Part shown: one piece after another, positions 29,037-39,434 of the stretch
Position numbering within the stretch: position 1 is the first letter of the stretch
Layout of the letters: each line of letters opens with the position of its first letter
DNA from: an uncultured Bacilli bacterium
GTDB taxonomy: Bacteria > Bacillota_I > Bacilli_A > RF39 > UBA660
Length of the DNA: 64,000 bases
Direction: 5' to 3'
Assembly (NCBI GenBank): GCA_944372545.1
Contig: CALVZO010000002.1
Coordinates: forward strand, 4,538-68,537
Position numbers and translations under genes: made by a program
The notes under the pieces: generated by a model
Seen by the model: the letters and a program-made list of their open reading frames with translations, nothing else
The model's database searches: none
What the model was told of the DNA's origin: nothing

Positions 29037-30011
29037 ATGAATAAAGGGTTTACATTAGTTGAATTATTAGCAGCGATAGTTATATTGAGTTTAATAGTTT
29101 TAATCGCTGTTCCTAGTTATAATAGAATAAGTGATGCGATTAATAGTAATCATCGTAAAAATTTAATAAGTGATATTGAAATATCGGCATCTAAGTATGC
29201 ATTTGATACTAGTAAAACTATGATATTTGTTGATGAATTAGTAACTGAAGGTTATATTGAAAGTGATGAAGAGGGAAATATTATAGACCCAGTAAATAAT
29301 GGCAGATTAAATTGTTATATAGTGGAAATGAATAAACAAGGGGATTATTATAATGCTAAATTTATTGATGGCAAAAATTATGATAATAATGGGGTATGTG
29401 ATTTAAGTAAATTACAAGAGAGTAGTGAAAATGTTAATATTGAAGTATTAAATGGAAGTGAATTTGTAAGTGATACATCTATTTGGCTTACTGGTAGTCT
29501 TAGTTTAAGAGCGACAAGTAATACTTTAGCAATAGACTGCACTAATAATCGTTGTAGTTGGACTAGTAGTAGTGGTGCAAGTTATACAGGAACTGATAAT
29601 GTTATATTAGATAATATTAGTACTATATTAGAAACTAAATATACTTTTCAATATACAATATATGATGATAATACAAGTGAAATTAAAAGATATAATCAAA
29701 GTGTTAATTTAAAGATAGATAATGAGTCTCCTGTAATATATGAAAATGAAATAAATGTTACTAATCGTTTTGTTTATACAAGTAGTAAAAATGTTACAAT
29801 ATCAGCAAGTGATGGCAAAGGATCTGGTATTAGTGGCTATTATTTAGGGCTTTATACGGGAGAAAGTTGTAATAGTAGTAATATAGAAAGTAAATATCAA
29901 ACAAGTAATAAATTTACAATTAGTAGTAATGGTACTTATCAAATATGTGTTAAAGATAATGTAGGAAATGTTAGTAGTTATAATAGTTTAAAAATTAATT
30001 ATATTTCTTAA
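29037..30011 (+). CDS. Large prepilin-type protein (324 aa) with a C-terminal Ig-like region
   Basis: MNKG|FTLVELLAAIVILSLIV class III signal. C-terminal SASDGKGSGISGYY...VKDNVGNVS resembles Ig-like/HYR-type repeats. Confidence 0.75.
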   Translation: MNKGFTLVELLAAIVILSLIVLIAVPSYNRISDAINSNHRKNLISDIEISASKYAFDTSKTMIFVDELVTEGYIESDEEGNIIDPVNNGRLNCYIVEMNKQGDYYNAKFIDGKNYDNNGVCDLSKLQESSENVNIEVLNGSEFVSDTSIWLTGSLSLRATSNTLAIDCTNNRCSWTSSSGASYTGTDNVILDNISTILETKYTFQYTIYDDNTSEIKRYNQSVNLKIDNESPVIYENEINVTNRFVYTSSKNVTISASDGKGSGISGYYLGLYTGESCNSSNIESKYQTSNKFTISSNGTYQICVKDNVGNVSSYNSLKINYIS

Positions 30012-30087
30012 TGTAAATTAAGTTTTGAGAATTGACATTAAGACTTAATTATTGTAAGATTATTTTAAGGATAGAGGTGAATAATTA

Positions 30088-30549
30088 ATGAAAATTTTAA
30101 AAAATAAAAAAGGTTTTACATTAATCGAATTATTAGCAGTTATTGCGATACTTGCAATAGTATCAGTTATTGCAACAAGGACAGTATTTCCATATATGGC
30201 AAATGCAAGAAAAGATGCTTTTGCAACTGAAGCTAATGAAATTATTGGAGTTACATCTGATGCGATGAGTTTAATTTCTTTAGGAGAAATAAGAGATAAT
30301 TATACTATTGAACCAACTGGAACTTATTGTTTTACTTTAGAAAACTTAAGAAATTTGGGTTTACTAGTAAAAGAAGATGAAGATTATGTAGGAACTGTTA
30401 CCGTTACTGTAAATGGCAATGCTTATAGTTATGCAATATCAATGTCTAATGGAACTTATAATGTTGATAAAAGTGGTCAAATAAATGCTGATACAGATGT
30501 AAATGAAGGTGCTGGCGAAGATATTAAAACAGCATGTACTACTTCATAA
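30088..30549 (+). CDS. Prepilin-type pilin, tandem paralog 1
   Basis: MKILKNKKG|FTLIELLAVIAILAIV. Own TTGACA-17-TAAGAT promoter at about 30042. Confidence 0.8.
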   Translation: MKILKNKKGFTLIELLAVIAILAIVSVIATRTVFPYMANARKDAFATEANEIIGVTSDAMSLISLGEIRDNYTIEPTGTYCFTLENLRNLGLLVKEDEDYVGTVTVTVNGNAYSYAISMSNGTYNVDKSGQINADTDVNEGAGEDIKTACTTS

Positions 30550-30572
30550 GTAACAGGTTAAAGAGTGAAAAA

Positions 30573-31052
30573 ATGAAAAATAATAAAGGTTTTACATTAA
30601 TCGAATTATTAGCGGTTATTGCAATACTTGCTGTAGTATCAGTTATTGCTACAAGAACAGTACTACCTTATATGTCTGGTGCAAGAGAAGATGCATTTCG
30701 TATTGAAGCAAATACTGCTTTAGATAGTGCAAGAGACTACTTAGATTTATATAATTTAGGAGAACTAGATATTACTAATGATACTGAAAGTTGTAAAAAC
30801 GGAAACACAGTATGTTTATCAATTGCCAAATTAATTGATGCTGGTCTATATAACGCTGATAAATCCACTTTTACTGGTAAGGTTATGATAGATATAACTA
30901 ATGCAAATATTCCAACATACAAGTTATATTTTAAAAAGAATAATGAATTTAATATTGATGGGGGAACTGAAACTGATTATATTGATAACGGGACAGTTAA
31001 TTCTGGTACTTGGGCTAGTAATGATGGCCAAGCGGTTTGTAGTTGTAGTTAA
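30573..31052 (+). CDS. Prepilin-type pilin, tandem paralog 2
   Basis: MKNNKG|FTLIELLAVIAILAVV. The first ~80 nt after the signal are about 90% identical to the 30088 gene by eye. Start moved from 30534 to the ATG at 30573. Confidence 0.8.
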   Translation: MKNNKGFTLIELLAVIAILAVVSVIATRTVLPYMSGAREDAFRIEANTALDSARDYLDLYNLGELDITNDTESCKNGNTVCLSIAKLIDAGLYNADKSTFTGKVMIDITNANIPTYKLYFKKNNEFNIDGGTETDYIDNGTVNSGTWASNDGQAVCSCS

Positions 31053-31054
31053 GG

Positions 31055-31081
31055 GAACTAATTTACTTAGTTCTTTTTTTA
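31055..31081 (+). terminator. Terminator after the pilin genes
   Basis: gaactaa-tttac-ttagttc followed by T8. Confidence 0.7.
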
Positions 31082-31110
31082 TGAGATAATCAGTACAAGG
31101 AAGTGATAGT

Positions 31111-32007
31111 TTGATAATTGGAAGTCATGTTAGTTTTGGCAAAGAGCAAATATATAATGCTACAAAAGAGGCAATATCTTATGGAGCAAATACATTTATG
31201 ATATATACTGGTGCTCCCCAAAATACTGTACGTAGTGAAATAAATATTGAATATTTAAATAAAGCAAAAGAGTTAATGAAAGAAAATAATATTGATATTA
31301 ATAATGTTATTGCTCATGCTCCTTATATAATTAATTTAGCCAATAAAAGTAAAATAGAGTCTTGGTATTTTTCAATTAATTTTTTAAAAAAAGAAATTAA
31401 AAGATGTGAAGTACTGGGAATTAAATATATTGTATTGCACCCTGGAAGTCATGTTAGTCATACTAAGGAAGAAGGTATTCAAAATATAATTGATGCCCTA
31501 AATTTAGTTATAAGTGATAATGATAAATGTATGATTTTACTAGAAACTATGGCTGGTAAAGGTAGTGAAGTAGGAAGTAATATATTAGAGTTAAAAGAAA
31601 TAATTGAGGGACTTAAAATAAAAAATATTGGAATATGTTTAGATACATGTCATTTAAATGACTCTGGCATAGATATTGCCAATTTTGATAATTATTTAGA
31701 AGAGTTTGATAAGATAATTGGTATAGATAAAATAAAATGTGTACATGTAAATGATAGTAAAAATGCAATTTCTTCTCATAAAGATAGACATGAAAATATT
31801 GGCTATGGAACAATTGGATTTACAAATTTAATAAATGTTATAAATAATCCCAAATTAAAAGATATTCCTAAAATATTAGAAACACCTTATGTAAGTAGTA
31901 AAGACAAAGATAAAGATATGCCACCATATAAATTAGAAATAGAAATGATTAGAAATAATAAATTTAATCCTAATTTGAAAGAAGATTTAATCAAACTTTA
32001 TAAGTAA
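31111..32007 (+). CDS. nfo: Deoxyribonuclease IV (endonuclease IV)
   Basis: IGSHVS, HAPYIINL, VLHPGSH, LETMAGKG, CLDTCH and HVNDSK. TTG start. Confidence 0.9.
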   Translation: MIIGSHVSFGKEQIYNATKEAISYGANTFMIYTGAPQNTVRSEINIEYLNKAKELMKENNIDINNVIAHAPYIINLANKSKIESWYFSINFLKKEIKRCEVLGIKYIVLHPGSHVSHTKEEGIQNIIDALNLVISDNDKCMILLETMAGKGSEVGSNILELKEIIEGLKIKNIGICLDTCHLNDSGIDIANFDNYLEEFDKIIGIDKIKCVHVNDSKNAISSHKDRHENIGYGTIGFTNLINVINNPKLKDIPKILETPYVSSKDKDKDMPPYKLEIEMIRNNKFNPNLKEDLIKLYK

Positions 32008-32267
32008 CGAAAGTACATTTTTGAGTATTCATTAAATATTTTTTCAATTTTTAGAAAGTTTTCTTCACTAAATTCTTGTCTGTAAAGATTTAAATTTAAA
32101 AGGGCAGGATTACCTAATACTTCTTTATAATTCTTTTTTATAAATTCATAAATAAAATTTAATTCGTGTTCATTTAGTTGAACACCTTTTTTTATGGCAA
32201 AATTATTAATATCTTCTTTAGTCATTTTTAAAATAAATTTTTCAATAATATTATACATGTAGGTCAC
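31998..32267 (-). CDS. Small conserved hypothetical protein (YqfT/DUF2624-like by position next to nfo)
   Basis: 89 aa, convergent with nfo as yqfT is in B. subtilis. The family assignment is tentative. Confidence 0.4.
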   Translation of the reverse strand: MTYMYNIIEKFILKMTKEDINNFAIKKGVQLNEHELNFIYEFIKKNYKEVLGNPALLNLNLYRQEFSEENFLKIEKIFNEYSKMYFRYL

Positions 32268-32329
32268 CTATTATAATGTATGTTTAAATTTAAAAATGAA
32301 TACATAAACTTAAATTATTCATAATAATA

Positions 32330-34285
32330 ATGATGGGTATGAAGAAGTATTTAATAAGTATAATAATTATATTTAGTATTATTTTTATAAGAGTATTTTA
32401 TTTATGGCAAATTAAAGGAAATTATTATCAAGAACTATTAGATAAGAAAACTAATAATTATATCTATGGAAGTAGTGCGCCAAGAGGAAGAATATTAGAT
32501 AGAAATGGGAAAGTTTTAGTAGATAATATTGGGGTTAATTCTATTTATTATACAAAGTTAAAAGGGATTAGTAAAAAAATGGAATTAGAAATTGCTGGTA
32601 CTTTAGCAAATATATTAAGTGATATAAAAATTAATGAAGAATCTCTAAAAGATTACTGGTTAATTATAAATAATAATGGGGAAGATTTAATAAGAGAAGA
32701 AGAAAAAGAATTATATGAATTAAGAAAGTTAAGTAGTAGTGATATAAAAAGGTTAAAATATGAAAGAATTACTGATGAATTACTAAGTGAATTAAGTGAA
32801 GAAGAAAAAGTAATATCTACTATTTATTATTTAATGAATAAAGGTTTTAGTTATGAAAAGAAATTAATTAAAAAGGGAGTAAGTGATGAAGAATTTAGTA
32901 AAATAATAGATAGTAATTTACCGGGGATTACAACAGAAATAACTTGGGAAAGAATATATAATTATGAAGACACTTTAAAAGATATATTTGGTTCAGTAGG
33001 TAGTATTCCTGTGAATTTAAAAGAGGAATATTTAAAGTTAGGTTATAGTCTTAATGATATAGTAGGTATTTCCTATTTAGAAAAAGAATATGAAGAATAT
33101 TTAAAGGGAGAAAAAGATTATTATAAAGTTAATAGTGATAATACACTTTCTTTAGTAAAGTCAGGGAAAAGAGGAAGTGATTTAGTATTAAGTATCGATA
33201 TTGATATTCAAATGTATTTAGAAAGTGTTATAGAAAGTAATATATTAAAAGCCAAAAATTATAAAAATACTAATTATTTTAGTGAAAGTTATAGTATAGT
33301 GGGTAATCCTTTAACGGGAGAAATACTTGCTTTATCGGGAAGAAAATTAATAGATGAGGAAAATAAAATATTTAAAAATGTTAATACTAATTTAATTAAT
33401 ACATCATATACAGTAGGGTCTGTTGTTAAAATGGCTACTATTTCGACTGGCTATAAATATAATGTAATAGATATTGGCACTACTTTTCAAGATAGTTGTA
33501 TTAAATTATATCAAGTACCAATTAAGTGTAGTTATAAAAGTTTAGGTAGAGTATCTGATATGGAAGCAATTAGTAAAAGTAGTAATTATTACCAATTTAA
33601 AATAGCCTTAGGCCTAACTAATAATGAATATAAATATAATATGAAATTAGATGTTAGTGAAAGTGATTTTAATAAATTTAGAGGTGTTTTTTCAGAATAC
33701 GGATTAGGGGTACTTACTGGTATTGATTTACCTAATGAAAGTATTGGCATAATAGGGAGTACTTATAGTAGTGATTTATTACTTAATTTAAGTATTGGTC
33801 AATATGATACATATACTCCGATTGAATTATTTCAATATGTTAATACAATAGGTAGTATGGGTAGTAAGAAAAGTCCTAGTTTAATGAAGAAAATTATTAA
33901 TAGTGAGAAAGAAGTAATACTTGAAAATAAATATGAAGAAGTAAGTAAAGTTAATTTAGAAAGTAAATATTTAGAAAGAATTAAAGAAGCAATGCATAAT
34001 GCCACGACTAGTGGGACAGCAAGAAATTATATTAGTAAAGAATATATACCGGCTGGAAAGACTGGGACAAGCGAAACATTTATTGATACTAATAATGATG
34101 GCATAGTAGATACAAAGACTACATCAATTGCCTTTGTTGGTTTTGCTCCATACGATAATCCCAAGTATAGCATAGTAGTTTTAGCCCCTCATATTTATGA
34201 AGATAAAGACTATGAATATAGTAAAGTTTATATAACTAGGTATATTTCTCGCGATATAACGAACTTTTTGTTTGAAAAAGAATAA
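32330..34285 (+). CDS. Class B penicillin-binding protein (PBP2-type transpeptidase)
   Basis: N-terminal TM helix and the motifs SVVK (SxxK), SSN (SxN) and KTGT. The start could be the ATG at 32339. Confidence 0.85.
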   Translation: MMGMKKYLISIIIIFSIIFIRVFYLWQIKGNYYQELLDKKTNNYIYGSSAPRGRILDRNGKVLVDNIGVNSIYYTKLKGISKKMELEIAGTLANILSDIKINEESLKDYWLIINNNGEDLIREEEKELYELRKLSSSDIKRLKYERITDELLSELSEEEKVISTIYYLMNKGFSYEKKLIKKGVSDEEFSKIIDSNLPGITTEITWERIYNYEDTLKDIFGSVGSIPVNLKEEYLKLGYSLNDIVGISYLEKEYEEYLKGEKDYYKVNSDNTLSLVKSGKRGSDLVLSIDIDIQMYLESVIESNILKAKNYKNTNYFSESYSIVGNPLTGEILALSGRKLIDEENKIFKNVNTNLINTSYTVGSVVKMATISTGYKYNVIDIGTTFQDSCIKLYQVPIKCSYKSLGRVSDMEAISKSSNYYQFKIALGLTNNEYKYNMKLDVSESDFNKFRGVFSEYGLGVLTGIDLPNESIGIIGSTYSSDLLLNLSIGQYDTYTPIELFQYVNTIGSMGSKKSPSLMKKIINSEKEVILENKYEEVSKVNLESKYLERIKEAMHNATTSGTARNYISKEYIPAGKTGTSETFIDTNNDGIVDTKTTSIAFVGFAPYDNPKYSIVVLAPHIYEDKDYEYSKVYITRYISRDITNFLFEKE

Positions 34286-34328
34286 AAGTTTGATATAATA
34301 TTGAGGTATTGAGTGAGGAGGATTTTAG

Positions 34329-34493
34329 ATGGCTAAAAATGAAAATCGTAATTTTGTTAATATGAGATGTACTGTCTGTGGTAGTGAATTACGTCCAACT
34401 AGCAAAAATAAAAAAAATAATCCTGAACGTTTAGAATTAAAAAAATATTGTCCTAAATGTCGTCAAAGTGTTATCGCAAAAGAAAAGAAATAA
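34329..34493 (+). CDS. rpmG: Ribosomal protein L33 (not in the ORF track)
   Basis: Hand translation gives MAKNENRNFVNMRCTVCGSELRPTSKNKKNNPERLELKKYCPKCRQSVIAKEKK, with NNPERLELKKYCP and CxxC..CxxC characteristic of L33. RBS GAGGAGG. Confidence 0.9.
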   Translation: MAKNENRNFVNMRCTVCGSELRPTSKNKKNNPERLELKKYCPKCRQSVIAKEKK

Positions 34494-34522
34494 AAATATA
34501 GTGTAAGTAGGAGGTAAAATAA

Positions 34523-35083
34523 ATGAATATTAATATTAATGAAATTAAAAATGGAATGACTGTTATTATTGAAGGTAATTTATGTTTAATTCAAGAATTT
34601 CAACATGTCAAACCTGGTAAAGGTCCTGCTTTTGTTAGAATAAAATTAAAAAATTTAAGAACAGGTTCAATTGTGGAACAAACATTTAATACAAACATTA
34701 AAATAATGAAAGCCCATGTTGATAAAGTAAATGCTCAATTTATATTTAAGAGTGGCGATAATTTTGTCTTTATGAATAAAGAAACTTATGAACAAGTTGA
34801 AGTTCCTAGTGATGTTTTAGGAGATAATGCTTTATTTATCAAAGATGGAATAGACATTACTATTGATTTTTATGAAGGTGAAATTATTGGTATTACTCTT
34901 CCTGAAAAAGTTAGTTATAAAGTTGTAGAAACTACTGATGCCGTTAAAGGTAATACTGCTACTAATGCTGGAAAAGATGCTAAATTAGAAACAGGCTTAG
35001 TAATTAAAGTACCTTTATTTATTGGTGAAGGGGAAGAAATAATTGTATCTACTCGCGATGGTAAATATTCTAGTAGAGCATAA
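34523..35083 (+). CDS. efp: Elongation factor P
   Basis: FQHVKPGKGPAFVRIKLKNLRTGS, 186 aa. Confidence 0.95.
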   Translation: MNININEIKNGMTVIIEGNLCLIQEFQHVKPGKGPAFVRIKLKNLRTGSIVEQTFNTNIKIMKAHVDKVNAQFIFKSGDNFVFMNKETYEQVEVPSDVLGDNALFIKDGIDITIDFYEGEIIGITLPEKVSYKVVETTDAVKGNTATNAGKDAKLETGLVIKVPLFIGEGEEIIVSTRDGKYSSRA

Positions 35084-35189
35084 GGTAACTTAATGGTTAT
35101 CTTTTTTATTTTTCTAAAATTAATATAAATAGATATTTTATAAATTAATAATTAATGATATAATTAAAGAAAAGTAAGGAGTGAATAAA

Positions 35190-36701
35190 ATGGGTATTGA
35201 AAAATTTTTTCCTAATGAGTCACCAGTAGACATAATTTTTGACCCTGTTCCTTCTTACAGTGGTGACTGGTTATTTACAGTGCCTAATTTACTTAAAAAT
35301 GCCAAAGTTGTCGATAAAAAGAATTTATTTCAAGAGTTTTATCAAAAAACTTATCAAAAGCCATTAGAAAATATTTTTCAAACACCAAGAATTTTAGATT
35401 TACAAGTTGGTTTTATTTCTAGGCCCAATAGTGATAATTTAGGAAGATGTTTAAGATATTCTAAGGTAGATTTCTTTTTAGAATTAACTAGTTATTTAGA
35501 CCAAAATATTGATAATTACAAACTTAGTAATGAAGAAAGAAGTAAAAGATTAAGAAGTCTTATTAGTAATTTAAAAAAAGATAATGAAACCTTAAATATT
35601 GCTTATTCTGAAGCATTAAAAGAGAAGGTTAGAAAAATAAATGATACTCTAGTTAATGGGGTAAGTTCAGAATATTATGAAGCCTTATTACAAGATTATG
35701 CTCCATATGAAAAAAAGATAAGTTTTGAAGAATATCTAAAGGCATCTTATGGAATTACGAGTAAATTTCAAATGGGTATGTTAAGACTTAATGATTTTTT
35801 TGACCAAAACATCGATTTTCATGAATTATATAATTGTTTTGACTCAGATATATTTTGTTTATTATTTGCTAAAATTATTTACGAAAACAATTTAATTAGA
35901 GAACAAGAAACTGGACATTTAGATAATAGTTATGGTTATTTATTTCAATATATGGACGCTTTAAATAAAATGATTAGTGAAAATAAAAAGTATGATCCCA
36001 AAATATTATATCAAAAAGAGAAAAGTCGTCGGTATAGTAGATATCAATTTCAACAAGATTTTAAAGAATTAATGGGAAGACACCCGGAGGCTAAACAAAT
36101 TAAATTACCTGATTTAGGCAATGATGATATTGAAAAGTATAAAGATATTAGTTTAATGGAAAAAATTTCTCTATTATATAGTGATGATGTCAAAGTTAAT
36201 TGGGAATTTTTAAAAGAGGGAGAGAAAATTAAAAAGGGGGGTAGTGAAAGTAAGAAAACAAGTACTACACCTATAAAAAAAGATATAAATGAATTAGTAA
36301 GAGAAACTAATTTACGAATAGGTATTTTAGAAGATTCTGGTTTTATTGGAAGACCTGTAAAAGGATTAAATACATTTAATGGTTATTATGCTTTTATCTA
36401 TGCCAGTGGAGTTGTTATATTAGAAAAATTTTGGAATAATGAAAGTGAATTAACTCCCGCAGTTGGTAATGCTACTTATGTTATGAATATTGATAATTTT
36501 ATTGAGTTATCAAAATTAAGTAAGACTGATTTAATAGAATATATGAAAACTTTACCAGAAATTGGGGTTAAAAGAATATTTCATACAACAATTAATAATT
36601 GGCAAAAAAATTTATATAAAGAAATAAATGGTTCTTATCGTTTAGAAGATGCAATTGAATTTATTAATGGGTTAAAAGGGGGAAGAACTAATGAACAATA
36701 A
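35190..36701 (+). CDS. Hypothetical cytoplasmic protein (503 aa), function unknown
   Basis: AAGGAG RBS 8 nt upstream of the ATG at 35190. No TM helix or signal peptide. No catalytic motif recognised. Confidence 0.5.
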   Translation: MGIEKFFPNESPVDIIFDPVPSYSGDWLFTVPNLLKNAKVVDKKNLFQEFYQKTYQKPLENIFQTPRILDLQVGFISRPNSDNLGRCLRYSKVDFFLELTSYLDQNIDNYKLSNEERSKRLRSLISNLKKDNETLNIAYSEALKEKVRKINDTLVNGVSSEYYEALLQDYAPYEKKISFEEYLKASYGITSKFQMGMLRLNDFFDQNIDFHELYNCFDSDIFCLLFAKIIYENNLIREQETGHLDNSYGYLFQYMDALNKMISENKKYDPKILYQKEKSRRYSRYQFQQDFKELMGRHPEAKQIKLPDLGNDDIEKYKDISLMEKISLLYSDDVKVNWEFLKEGEKIKKGGSESKKTSTTPIKKDINELVRETNLRIGILEDSGFIGRPVKGLNTFNGYYAFIYASGVVILEKFWNNESELTPAVGNATYVMNIDNFIELSKLSKTDLIEYMKTLPEIGVKRIFHTTINNWQKNLYKEINGSYRLEDAIEFINGLKGGRTNEQ

Positions 36702-37161
36702 TTTCTATAGTAGATTATTACATATTATTATTGAAGATAAAGAAGGTTTTGATACTTTAGTAGAAGCCGATAATATTTTAGGTCTTAATGTTACTAGTGA
36801 AGATATTATTAATTTTTTAGAGTTTGCATCTTCTAGTAACACTTTAAATAATCCCATAATTGGTAATGTAATAATTACTGAAGGAGATATTTTAAGTACT
36901 TTAAAAATTATTAATGATTTACAAAGTTATACAGGATTATATAAAATTTATATTAATAATGATAATTTAGGTACTAATACTTATCTTATTAGTAGGGCTA
37001 ATATGATTTATCAAGAATTAGGATTAGATATAAAATTAGAAATAGATTATAGTGATAATTATAATGCTTTATTAAATGAATTAGTTACAATTGTAGGTAG
37101 TGAAGAATTTATATTAGAAACTAATGAAGATTTTCCTAATGCTAATCATATAGTAGTGTAA
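36691..37161 (+). CDS. Hypothetical acidic protein (156 aa), translationally coupled to the 35190 gene
   Basis: 11-nt overlap with the upstream ORF. No motif recognised. Confidence 0.45.
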   Translation: MNNNFYSRLLHIIIEDKEGFDTLVEADNILGLNVTSEDIINFLEFASSSNTLNNPIIGNVIITEGDILSTLKIINDLQSYTGLYKIYINNDNLGTNTYLISRANMIYQELGLDIKLEIDYSDNYNALLNELVTIVGSEEFILETNEDFPNANHIVV

Positions 37162-37239
37162 ATAAATGTTAAATATTTAAAAAATGTATACAGAGTTATA
37201 CATTTTTTTTGATAAAATTATAATTAGGAGAGTGGTTTT

Positions 37240-37971
37240 ATGTTTATTGGAGAAAATCCTATTCATATTAATGCGGAAAAAGGGAGTATTGCTGAAATTG
37301 TTTTAATGCCAGGCGATCCTTTAAGGGCTAAATATATTGCCGAAAATTTTTTAACGGAAGCAAAAGAGGTATGTAATTTAAGAAATATGCTTGGGTATAC
37401 TGGTTTTTATAAAGGGGTAAGAGTATCAGTAATAGGTTCAGGTATGGGTATGCCAAGTATGGGTATATATTCTTGGGAATTATTTTATTATTTTAATGTA
37501 AAAAAGATAATTAGAATTGGTACTTGTGGTGTTGTAAGTGAAGAAGTAGAAGTGCCAGAATTAATACTTGCTACTAGTGCTTATAGTGAATCTAATTTTG
37601 CTTATACTTTCGATAATTATGATAAACACATAACTTATCCATCAAAAGATTTAAATGAATTAATAATAAAAAAGAGTAAGGAATTAAATTATAAATTACA
37701 TGTTGGTGATATAACAACAATGGATGTTTTTGGCCCTTACATTGATTATGATAGAGTCTTAAATAGAATTCCAAAAAACTTAAATGTTATTGGGGAAGAA
37801 ATGGAGGCTTTTGCGCTATTTCATATTGCGAGTCACTTTAAAAGAGAGGCATCTTGTATTCTAACTGCAGTAGATTCAAAGTTTAGCGATGTAGTTTTAA
37901 GTGGAGAAGAGAGACAAAATAGTTTAAATGAAATGATTACTTTAGCCCTTGAAGCAATAATTAGTGAATAA
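37240..37971 (+). CDS. deoD: Purine nucleoside phosphorylase, DeoD type
   Basis: HINAEKGSIAEIVLMPGDPLRAKYIAENFL is almost identical to the E. coli DeoD N-terminus pattern. Confidence 0.9.
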   Translation: MFIGENPIHINAEKGSIAEIVLMPGDPLRAKYIAENFLTEAKEVCNLRNMLGYTGFYKGVRVSVIGSGMGMPSMGIYSWELFYYFNVKKIIRIGTCGVVSEEVEVPELILATSAYSESNFAYTFDNYDKHITYPSKDLNELIIKKSKELNYKLHVGDITTMDVFGPYIDYDRVLNRIPKNLNVIGEEMEAFALFHIASHFKREASCILTAVDSKFSDVVLSGEERQNSLNEMITLALEAIISE

Positions 37972-37992
37972 AAAGATGGTTTAGTGCCATCT

Positions 37993-39348
37993 TTATTTAT
38001 TATATAAATCGATTAATGTTGTAAATATCTTTTCTAACTTTTCTAAATCTTCTTGATTCTTAGATTCACATCTTAATGTAATGTTTGGTCCAGTATTACT
38101 ACATCTTACATAAGCCCAACTATCTTTAAATTGAATTTTTAACCCGTCAATTTCTATAAATTGATAATTTTTTTCTAAACAATATTTTTTAATATTTTCT
38201 ATTACTTCATATTTTTTTGTATCAGTTGATAAAAACTTCTTTTCTTCACTATTATAGTAATGAGGAATGGTACTAACAAGTTCACTTAAAGTTTTATCTG
38301 TCTTACTTAAAATTTCTATAAGTCTTAAAGAAGAATACATAGCACTTTCTGTATCAAATAAACGGTCATTTAAAGATATGTGGCCAACATATTGAATTCC
38401 TAGTGGTAATTTGTTTTCTAAAACTTTTAATCTTGTATAACTAGTACCAGTCCGGCAAATTATAGGAGTACCACCTAGTTTTATAACTTCATCTTTAAAA
38501 CTATCAGAACATTTTGCATCATATAAGAATTTTTTATTATCAACTTTATCAATAATATTTCTTAAAATAATAATACCATAATCTTCAATAGAAACAATAT
38601 TTCCTAATTCATCAATTATGCCAATTCTATCACCATCGCCATCAAAGCCAATACCTATATCAGCATTTATTTCTTTAACTTTTTCTTGTAATTGTATTAA
38701 ATTTTTGGCAATGCTTGGGTCTGGGTGATGACTTGGAAATGTTCCATCACTTTCTTCATTAATTATAGTTAAGTCAATATTAAATTTTGAATATATATCT
38801 CTTGCTACTAAAGATGTTACTCCGTTCGCGGGGTCTAATACAACTTTTAATCTTTTTTTTCCAAATTTTATATGTCTAACTATATAATTTATATAATCAT
38901 CTTTAATATCTTTTTTTTCTAATTTACCATTTCCTTTTTTAAAAATTCCTTTTTTAATATAATTTTTAAAATCTTTAATCATAATACCTCTTGCATTAGA
39001 AAATGCATCAAAAGAAAATTTAAAACCATTATCTTCTTTTGGATTATGACTAGCAGTTATCATAATGCCAAATAAATTATTTACATGTCTTACATAATAA
39101 TGCATCGGAGTAGTAGTAAGTCCATAATCTATAACATTAATACCACTTTCTAGTAAACCTTTTATTAAATTTTCATGGAGCATTTCACTAGATATGCGAT
39201 TATCATGAGATACAACACATGCCTCTTCATTTAATATTTCTTGTAAAAATGAGCCATAACCTAAACCAATTTTGTAAGCAACTTCTTCATTTATATCTTT
39301 AGGTACCACACCTCTTATATCATATTCCCGAAAAATATTATCGTTCAT
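37993..39348 (-). CDS. Phosphoglucomutase/phosphomannomutase family protein
   Basis: Active-site loop TASHNP and metal loop FDGDGDR. TASHNP (rather than SASHNP) favours PGM/PMM over GlmM. Confidence 0.8.
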   Translation of the reverse strand: MNDNIFREYDIRGVVPKDINEEVAYKIGLGYGSFLQEILNEEACVVSHDNRISSEMLHENLIKGLLESGINVIDYGLTTTPMHYYVRHVNNLFGIMITASHNPKEDNGFKFSFDAFSNARGIMIKDFKNYIKKGIFKKGNGKLEKKDIKDDYINYIVRHIKFGKKRLKVVLDPANGVTSLVARDIYSKFNIDLTIINEESDGTFPSHHPDPSIAKNLIQLQEKVKEINADIGIGFDGDGDRIGIIDELGNIVSIEDYGIIILRNIIDKVDNKKFLYDAKCSDSFKDEVIKLGGTPIICRTGTSYTRLKVLENKLPLGIQYVGHISLNDRLFDTESAMYSSLRLIEILSKTDKTLSELVSTIPHYYNSEEKKFLSTDTKKYEVIENIKKYCLEKNYQFIEIDGLKIQFKDSWAYVRCSNTGPNITLRCESKNQEDLEKLEKIFTTLIDLYNK

Positions 39349-39434
39349 TTAAATCCCTTCCTTATTATATAAGTTTATCATAAAATATAAGAAATTGATA
39401 TAGAAACAAGTAGCGTAATAATTTTAAAAAGCAA

